Positions 26,743-32,000 of a DNA stretch of 32,000 bases are shown here, one piece after another. The DNA comes from Longivirga aurantiaca. GTDB taxonomy: Bacteria; Actinomycetota; Actinomycetes; S36-B12; CAIYMF01. A model generated the notes under the pieces. The model worked only from the letters and a program-made list of their open reading frames with translations. It did not search any database and was not told where the DNA came from. Each line of letters opens with the position of its first letter. The first letter of the stretch is position 1. The stretch lies in NCBI RefSeq assembly GCF_042660085.1, contig NZ_JBHSTI010000008.1:2025604-2057603 (forward strand), given 5' to 3'. The translations under genes were made by a program, and so were the position numbers.

Positions 26743-27984
26743 ATGACCACGGAACCCCGCCGCGTCGTCGTCACCGGTCTCGGTGCCACGACTCCCGTCG
26801 GCGGCGACGTCCCCTCCACCTGGGAGGGCCTGCTCGCCGGCCGCTCGGGCGTCCGCACCCTCGAGGACGACCGGTTCGCCGACCTCCCGGTGCGCTTCGC
26901 GGGGCAGGTCGCCGTCGATCCCAGCGAGGTCATGGAGCGCCCCGAGGCGCGCAAGCTCGACCGTTCGCAGCAGCTCGCCCTCATCGCCTCGCGCGAGGCC
27001 TGGAAGGACGCCGGCTCCCCGGAGATCGACCCGCTGCGCCTCGGCGTCGCGGTCGCCACGGGCATCGGCGGCATCGTGAGCCTGCTCGACAACTACGACA
27101 TCCTCAACACCCGCGGCTGGACGCGCGTCTCGCCGATGTCGGTGCCGCAGCTGATGCCGAACGGCTCGGCCGCCTGGATCGGCCTCGACCTCGGCGCGCA
27201 GGCCGGCATCCACACCCCGGTCTCCGCCTGCGCGTCCGGCGCCGAGGCTGTCGGCACGGGGCTGGAGATGATCCGCAGCGGCCGTGCCGACATCGTGATG
27301 ACGGGCGGCACCGAGGCGTGCATCCACCCGATCACGATCGCCGCGTTCGCCGCGATGCGTGCGCTGTCGACCCGCAACGACGACCCCGCCGGTGCGAGCC
27401 GGCCGTACGACCTCAACCGCGACGGCTTCGTCATGGGCGAGGGCGCCGGCATGCTCGTGCTCGAGGACTACGACCACGCGGTCGCGCGCGGCGCCACCAT
27501 CTACGCCGAGGTCGCGGGCGTGGGCCTGTCGGCCGACGGCCACCACATCGCGCAGCCCGAGCCCGAGGGCCGCGGGGCAACCCGCGCGATCCGCTCGGCG
27601 CTCGAGGCGTCCGGGCTCGCGGCGTCGGACATCATCCACGTGAACGCGCACGCCACCTCGACCCCGCAGGGCGACGGCGCCGAGGCGCTCGCCATCCGGG
27701 CTGCGCTCGGCAGCGCGGCCGACGGCATCGCCGTCAGCGGCACCAAGTCGATGACGGGCCACCTGCTCGGCGGCGCCGGCGCGGTCGAGTCGGTCGCCGC
27801 GATCCTCGCGCTGCGCAACCGCGTCGCCCCGGTCACCGCCAACCTCGAGGACCGCGACGACTCGATCGACCTCGACGTCGTCTTCGGCAGCCCGCGCGCC
27901 CTGCGCGCAGGGGACGCCGCGGTGCTCAACAACTCGTTCGGGTTCGGCGGCCACAACGTCGCCCTCATCTTCCGGAGCATCTGA
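26743..27984 (+). CDS. fabF: 3-oxoacyl-ACP synthase II (KAS II)
   Basis: VVVTGLG, the SACASG active-site Cys, NAHATSTP, GHLLGGAG and NSFGFGGHN motifs. Confidence 0.9.
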   Translation: MTTEPRRVVVTGLGATTPVGGDVPSTWEGLLAGRSGVRTLEDDRFADLPVRFAGQVAVDPSEVMERPEARKLDRSQQLALIASREAWKDAGSPEIDPLRLGVAVATGIGGIVSLLDNYDILNTRGWTRVSPMSVPQLMPNGSAAWIGLDLGAQAGIHTPVSACASGAEAVGTGLEMIRSGRADIVMTGGTEACIHPITIAAFAAMRALSTRNDDPAGASRPYDLNRDGFVMGEGAGMLVLEDYDHAVARGATIYAEVAGVGLSADGHHIAQPEPEGRGATRAIRSALEASGLAASDIIHVNAHATSTPQGDGAEALAIRAALGSAADGIAVSGTKSMTGHLLGGAGAVESVAAILALRNRVAPVTANLEDRDDSIDLDVVFGSPRALRAGDAAVLNNSFGFGGHNVALIFRSI

Positions 27985-29411
27985 TGACCGCAGTGGCCGG
28001 CTCCGACATCCAGGTCACCGACCTCGACCCGCGGCACCCCCTGGTGCGCCTCGATGCGTTCCTCGACGACGGCACGATGGAGCTCATCTCCGCCGTCGAC
28101 GACTGCGGCGTCATCGCCGCCACCGGCGTCGCGCACGGCACCCCTGTCGTCGTCTTCTGCACAGACCCCACGGTGCAGGGCGGCGCGATGGGCATCGGCG
28201 GCTGCAAGGTCATCGTCGAGGCGTACGAGCGCGCGAGCGCGGACGGCGTCCCGATCGTGGGCCTGTGGCACTCCGGCGGCGCACGCCTGCGCGAGGGCGT
28301 CGAGAGCCTGCAGGCCGTCGGCCTCGTCTTCGCGATCATGACGCGGGTCTCCGGCCGCATCCCGCAGATCTCGGTCGTGCTCGGCCCGGCTGCCGGCGGT
28401 GCGGCGTACGGCCCGGCGCTGACCGACGTCGTCGTGCTCGGCCCCGAGGGCCGCGTGTTCGTCACCGGCCCCGACGTCGTCCGCTCGGTCACCGGCGAGG
28501 ACGTCGACATGCTGCGCCTCGGCGGCCCCGAGCCGCACGGCCGCCGGTCCGGTGTCGTGCACGTGGTGTCGGCGACCGAGCGCCAGGCGCTCGACGACGG
28601 CGCCCGCCTCGCCTCGCTGCTCGGCACCCACGGCACGCTCAACGTCACCGCCGTGGCCGACGTCGACCTCGCCGCGCTCATGCCCGAGAACATCAAGCGC
28701 GCGTACGACGTCCACCCCGTCGTCGATGCTCTGCTCGACGAGGGAAGCTCGCTCGAGCTCCACCCCCGCTGGGCGCCGAACATCGTGACGACGCTCGGCC
28801 GCATGGGCGGTCGCGCCGTCGGCGTCATCGCCAACAACCCGCTGCGCCTCGGCGGCTGCCTCGACGCCACCAGCGCCGAGAAGGCCGCGCGGTTCGTGCG
28901 CATGTGCGACGCGTTCGGCCTGCCGCTCGTCGTCGTCGTCGACGTGCCCGGCTACCTCCCCGGCGTCGGGCAGGAGTGGGACGGCGTCGTGCGCCGCGGC
29001 GCGAAGCTGCTGCACGCGTTCGCGGAGGCCGAGGTGCCGCGCGTGACCGTCGTGACGCGCAAGGCCTTCGGCGGCGCCTACATCGCGATGAACGCCCGTG
29101 CCCTCGGTGCCACCAAGGTGTTCGCGTGGCCCGACGCGCAGGTGGCCGTCATGGGCGCCGTCGCAGCCGTGCGGATCCTGCACCGCCGCAAGCTGGCCGA
29201 GGTGCCCGCCGACGCCCGCACCCAGGTCGAGAACGAGCTGGCCGAGGAGCACACCCGCATCGCGGGCGGCGTCGAGAAGGCCGTGGCGATCGGCGTCGTC
29301 GACGAGGTCGTCACGCCGCAGACCACGCGCAGCGCCCTCGCCCGCGCGCTGGCCGACGCGCTCGCCGCCGATCCGGACATCCGCGGGCACCACGGCAACA
29401 TCCCGCTGTAG
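27984..29411 (+). CDS. accD6: Acyl-CoA carboxylase carboxyltransferase beta subunit (AccD6-like, 475 aa)
   Basis: The ATG overlaps the fabF stop (TGATG). Carboxyltransferase-domain motifs (GGAMG..G, SGGARL.EG, GPAAGGAAY, PGYLPG..QE..G, AFGGAY). Size and position after the KAS gene match Mtb AccD6. Confidence 0.85.
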   Translation: MTAVAGSDIQVTDLDPRHPLVRLDAFLDDGTMELISAVDDCGVIAATGVAHGTPVVVFCTDPTVQGGAMGIGGCKVIVEAYERASADGVPIVGLWHSGGARLREGVESLQAVGLVFAIMTRVSGRIPQISVVLGPAAGGAAYGPALTDVVVLGPEGRVFVTGPDVVRSVTGEDVDMLRLGGPEPHGRRSGVVHVVSATERQALDDGARLASLLGTHGTLNVTAVADVDLAALMPENIKRAYDVHPVVDALLDEGSSLELHPRWAPNIVTTLGRMGGRAVGVIANNPLRLGGCLDATSAEKAARFVRMCDAFGLPLVVVVDVPGYLPGVGQEWDGVVRRGAKLLHAFAEAEVPRVTVVTRKAFGGAYIAMNARALGATKVFAWPDAQVAVMGAVAAVRILHRRKLAEVPADARTQVENELAEEHTRIAGGVEKAVAIGVVDEVVTPQTTRSALARALADALAADPDIRGHHGNIPL

Positions 29412-29427
29412 CCCCGCAGCCCCGGCT

Positions 29428-29469
29428 CCGGGGGCGCGACGCTTCGGTGCTGGACCGTCGCGCCCCCGG
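29428..29469 (+). terminator. 13-bp GC stem hairpin (CCGGGGGCGCGAC / GTCGCGCCCCCGG) after accD6
   Basis: Read directly. 16-nt loop. Confidence 0.6.
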
Positions 29470-29480
29470 CCAGCACGGCA

Positions 29481-29513
29481 GAGACCCCCCGACCGCGAGG
29501 TCCGGGGGGTCTC
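29481..29513. terminator. Hairpin GAGACCCCCCGACC / GGTCCGGGGGGTCTC between convergent genes
   Basis: Read directly. One bulged base. Confidence 0.6.
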
Positions 29514-29550
29514 CGCTTCTTCCCTCAGGGAGGAGGGATGTCGGGGGCGG

Positions 29551-30093
29551 TCACACCACCTGGTGCAGCCAGCGGACGGGCGTGCCCTCCCCGGCGGTGC
29601 GGAAGGGCTCGAGCTCGGTGTCCCACGGACCGCCGAGCAGGATCTCGATCTCGTCCTGCACCGGCTCGCCGATCTCGAGGGCGCGCGCGATGGCGGCGCG
29701 GACGCGATTCTCGCTCAGCATCACGTCGCCCGTCGGGCCGATGGCCGAGCGGTGGACGCCGAGCACAGGGGTTCCGGAGTACCGCTCGCCCTCGGAGGTC
29801 GCGGTCGGCTCCTCGGTGACCTCGAAGCGCAGCTTGCGCCAGCCCTGCAGCACCGATGCGATACGGGCGGCCGTGCCCACGGGACCGGTCCAGCTGATGT
29901 CGGCGCGGACGGTGCCCGCCTGCACGGGCTGCGCCGACCAGTCGAGGTCGACCCGGGATCCCAGGATGTCCGCGAGGGCCCACTCGACATGGGTCGCCAC
30001 GGCGCGGGGGCAGGAATGCACGAAGACGACGCCACGGGTGACCCGTGCGCCGCGGGGCTCGCGGGAGCCCGAGGTGCCACTGCGTTCGGTCAT
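29551..30093 (-). CDS. DUF3145 family protein
   Basis: TRGVVFVHSCP.AVATHVEWALA..LG..V.LDW..QP...G..RA..SW.G..GTAARIAS.L.GW..LRFEVTEEP...EGERYS...LEPFR.AGEG.PVRWLHQVV matches my recollection of this actinobacterial family. ATG 30093. Confidence 0.8.
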   Translation of the reverse strand: MTERSGTSGSREPRGARVTRGVVFVHSCPRAVATHVEWALADILGSRVDLDWSAQPVQAGTVRADISWTGPVGTAARIASVLQGWRKLRFEVTEEPTATSEGERYSGTPVLGVHRSAIGPTGDVMLSENRVRAAIARALEIGEPVQDEIEILLGGPWDTELEPFRTAGEGTPVRWLHQVV

Positions 30094-30421
30094 CGCCAGC
30101 TCTCTCTCGTGTCAGGGACGCCTTCCCCAGCGGCCTCACGAGAACCACGAGCACGATCACGAACGCAGGATCACGATAGCCGCTCGCGCCACGCCCGCAC
30201 CACCCGCATCGCCGGTACTTCGCAGAACGTGACCGAGCGGGTACATTCGGTGAAGACCGGGTGACCCCCGAACGGGTGTCACCCGTATGGCGCAACTCGG
30301 CACGACGGCTTGAGTCCACCTCCCTGCCGTGCCGAGACCATGAATGGACGGCACCGCTCCCGCGGGGCCGCGGGAGAGTGCCGGCGCACGCCGGGACCGT
30401 GCACGAGGGGAGGACGTCGTC

Positions 30422-30850
30422 ATGTCGGAGGACAGCGAGATCTTCATGACCGAGATGTACGACGAGGGCGTCGTCACCGAGGTGATCCGCCCGGCCGCGA
30501 TCGTGCCCGAGGAGTCGGCGCGGGCCATCCTCGTGGAGCTCGCGCTCCAGGACGTGCAGTACGGCGGCCTCTGGCTGTCGGACCCGTCGCGCTGGGCGCT
30601 CTACGACACCCCCTGGGCTGCGGCCGGCCAGCCCGGCGCCTCGCAGCTCATCGGGTCGATCCAGGTCGCCTACGGCACCCCGACCCGGTACGAGATCACC
30701 ATCTACCGGGCCACGGTCACGCGCCGCGGCACCGAGCTGGGCTGGTCGGTCTCCTCGCTCTGCGACAAGGCCCTCGGCTACGGCTCGCTCGACCTCGCCA
30801 CCTGCCCCCGGGCCTCGCTCACCGCTCCCCCGAAGCCGTTCCACTTCTAG
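30422..30850 (+). CDS. Hypothetical protein, 142 aa
   Basis: ATG 30422 after GGGGAGGA at 7 nt. High GC3. No recognisable motif. Confidence 0.65.
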   Translation: MSEDSEIFMTEMYDEGVVTEVIRPAAIVPEESARAILVELALQDVQYGGLWLSDPSRWALYDTPWAAAGQPGASQLIGSIQVAYGTPTRYEITIYRATVTRRGTELGWSVSSLCDKALGYGSLDLATCPRASLTAPPKPFHF

Positions 30851-30853
30851 GCG

Positions 30854-30955
30854 TCAGAACCAGGTCGCCCCGAGGAAGACGGCACCGAGCATCGAGCCGA
30901 CGACCAGCACGGACACGCCCACGACGACCCACCGGGCTCCCACGCGACTGATCAC
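30854..30955 (-). CDS. Possible 33-aa hydrophobic peptide (VISRVGARWVVVGVSVLVVGSMLGAVFLGATWF)
   Basis: Found by hand; it is below the ORF-track size cutoff. Single predicted TM helix, high GC3, weak RBS. Confidence 0.25.
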   Translation of the reverse strand: MISRVGARWVVVGVSVLVVGSMLGAVFLGATWF

Positions 30956-31084
30956 GCCACGACCCTAGGCGACCGGTCGGCCCGCGCCACCCGGGGCACC
31001 CTGCGGGCCCTTCGCCGCCCCTCATACGCGCGGCAGCGGGCGGCTCACACGTTCTTCACAGGATCGGGCACGAGAGTTCCTGTC

Positions 31085-32000
31085 ATGAGCAGCGCCACGG
31101 TCTCCCGCCCGAAGGCCCCGGCACCCCAGCCCGGGGCGCGCCGGACCCGCCGCACCCGCCGCGCCGGCGACGTCTTCGTCGCCCTCGCGGGCGTCGGCCT
31201 CGGGCTCGTGGTCGGCATCCAGGTCGCGACCAGCACCGGCGTGGGCGGCCCCGGCGGCCTGCTCATCGAGCTCTCCCGCTGGGCCGGCCTCGTCGGCACC
31301 TACCTCGCCCTGCTCGTCATCTTCCTCGTCGCCCGCGTGCCCGTCGTCGAGCGGGCCGTGGGCCTCGACCGGATGATCTCCTGGCACCGCAAGCTGGGGC
31401 CGCTGTCGCTGGTGCTGATCGCCGCTCACGTCGTGCTCGTCACCGCGGGCTACGGCGCCTCCGCCGCGACGTCGTACCTCGGGCAGACCTGGATCTTCCT
31501 GTCGGAGTACCCGTGGGTGCTCCCGGCCCTCGCCGGCTTCGTGCTCATGCTCGTCGCCGGCATCACCTCGTGGCGCGTGGCGCGTCGTCGGATGAAGTAC
31601 GAGACCTGGTGGGTCACCCATCTGTACTTCTACCTCGCGATCGCGCTCGCCTACCTGCACCAGATCACCCTCGGCCAGCCGTTCGCCACGCACACCTGGG
31701 CGCGGTGGGCCTGGATCGCCCTCTACCTGGTCACGTTCGTGCCGCTCGTGGTCTTCCGCGTCGCGCTGCCCGTCTGGAGCTCGCTGCGGCACAACCTGAA
31801 GGTGCACGCGGTCGTCCGCGAGAGCGCCGACACGATCAGCGTCTGGGTGAGCGGCCGCAACCTCGCGGCGCTGGACGTGAAGGGCGGCCAGTTCTTCGGC
31901 TGGCGCTTCCTCACCCGCGACCGCTGGTGGCAGTCGCACCCCTACTCGATCTCGATCGGTCCCGACGCCCGCTACCTGCGCATCACGGTGAAGGACCTCG
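31085..32000 (+). CDS. Ferric-reductase-like transmembrane (bis-heme His pairs) + FAD-binding oxidoreductase, 3'-truncated by the window end
   Basis: The open frame from ATG 31085 runs off the window, so it is absent from the ORF track. Multiple TM helices carry WHRKLG..(13)..AAH and THLYFY..(12)..YLH His pairs, followed by the HPYSIS FAD motif. GC3 is near 100%. Confidence 0.8.
   Translation, partial: MSSATVSRPKAPAPQPGARRTRRTRRAGDVFVALAGVGLGLVVGIQVATSTGVGGPGGLLIELSRWAGLVGTYLALLVIFLVARVPVVERAVGLDRMISWHRKLGPLSLVLIAAHVVLVTAGYGASAATSYLGQTWIFLSEYPWVLPALAGFVLMLVAGITSWRVARRRMKYETWWVTHLYFYLAIALAYLHQITLGQPFATHTWARWAWIALYLVTFVPLVVFRVALPVWSSLRHNLKVHAVVRESADTISVWVSGRNLAALDVKGGQFFGWRFLTRDRWWQSHPYSISIGPDARYLRITVKDL

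Noticed and set aside
31022-31939. 305-aa minus-strand ORF
   Set aside because: It is antisense to the well-supported plus-strand ferric-reductase-like gene. Its composition is Asp/Glu/Arg/Pro-rich, with no motifs.

Overview
This is a high-GC (about 70% or more) actinobacterial chromosomal segment. I called genes from third-position GC bias, start and RBS context, and recognisable protein motifs. The many long Arg/Ala/Pro-rich ORFs in the track are antisense or off-frame shadows.

Most of the window is conserved housekeeping. Its gene order mirrors the Mycobacterium tuberculosis Rv2228c-Rv2247 region as I recall it:
- Nif3 / zinc-ribbon / RNase H-phosphatase operon
- thioredoxin and a DEAD-box helicase
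- ahpE, DUF3052, aceE and pirin
- a PucR-type (MabR/FasR-like) regulator followed by fabD-fabH-acpP-fabF-accD6

It also carries rnpB (RNase P RNA), an RNB exoribonuclease, yaaA, a sirtuin, a membrane HD-GYP protein and tRNA-Val(UAC).

Four things stand out:
1. Two tandem paralogous LAxTG-anchored surface proteins (24-1858) carry an unknown Cys/His-rich domain. Each is preceded, at identical spacing, by a conserved ~85-nt leader with alternative helices and one compensatory base-pair change. This is a riboswitch or attenuator candidate.
2. A 3-kb segment next to tRNA-Val encodes a large secreted beta-helix protein. It is bracketed by near-identical 89-bp inverted repeats.
3. FabD is fused to a C-terminal BCCP-like domain that lacks the biotinyl-lysine.
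4. Smaller oddities include an orphan sorting-signal ORF beside rnpB, a decayed methyltransferase, a perfect 24-bp x6 VNTR, and an AT-rich palindrome in front of fabD.

I found no CRISPR array, integrase or transposase. All homology statements come from motif recognition by eye, not from database searches.
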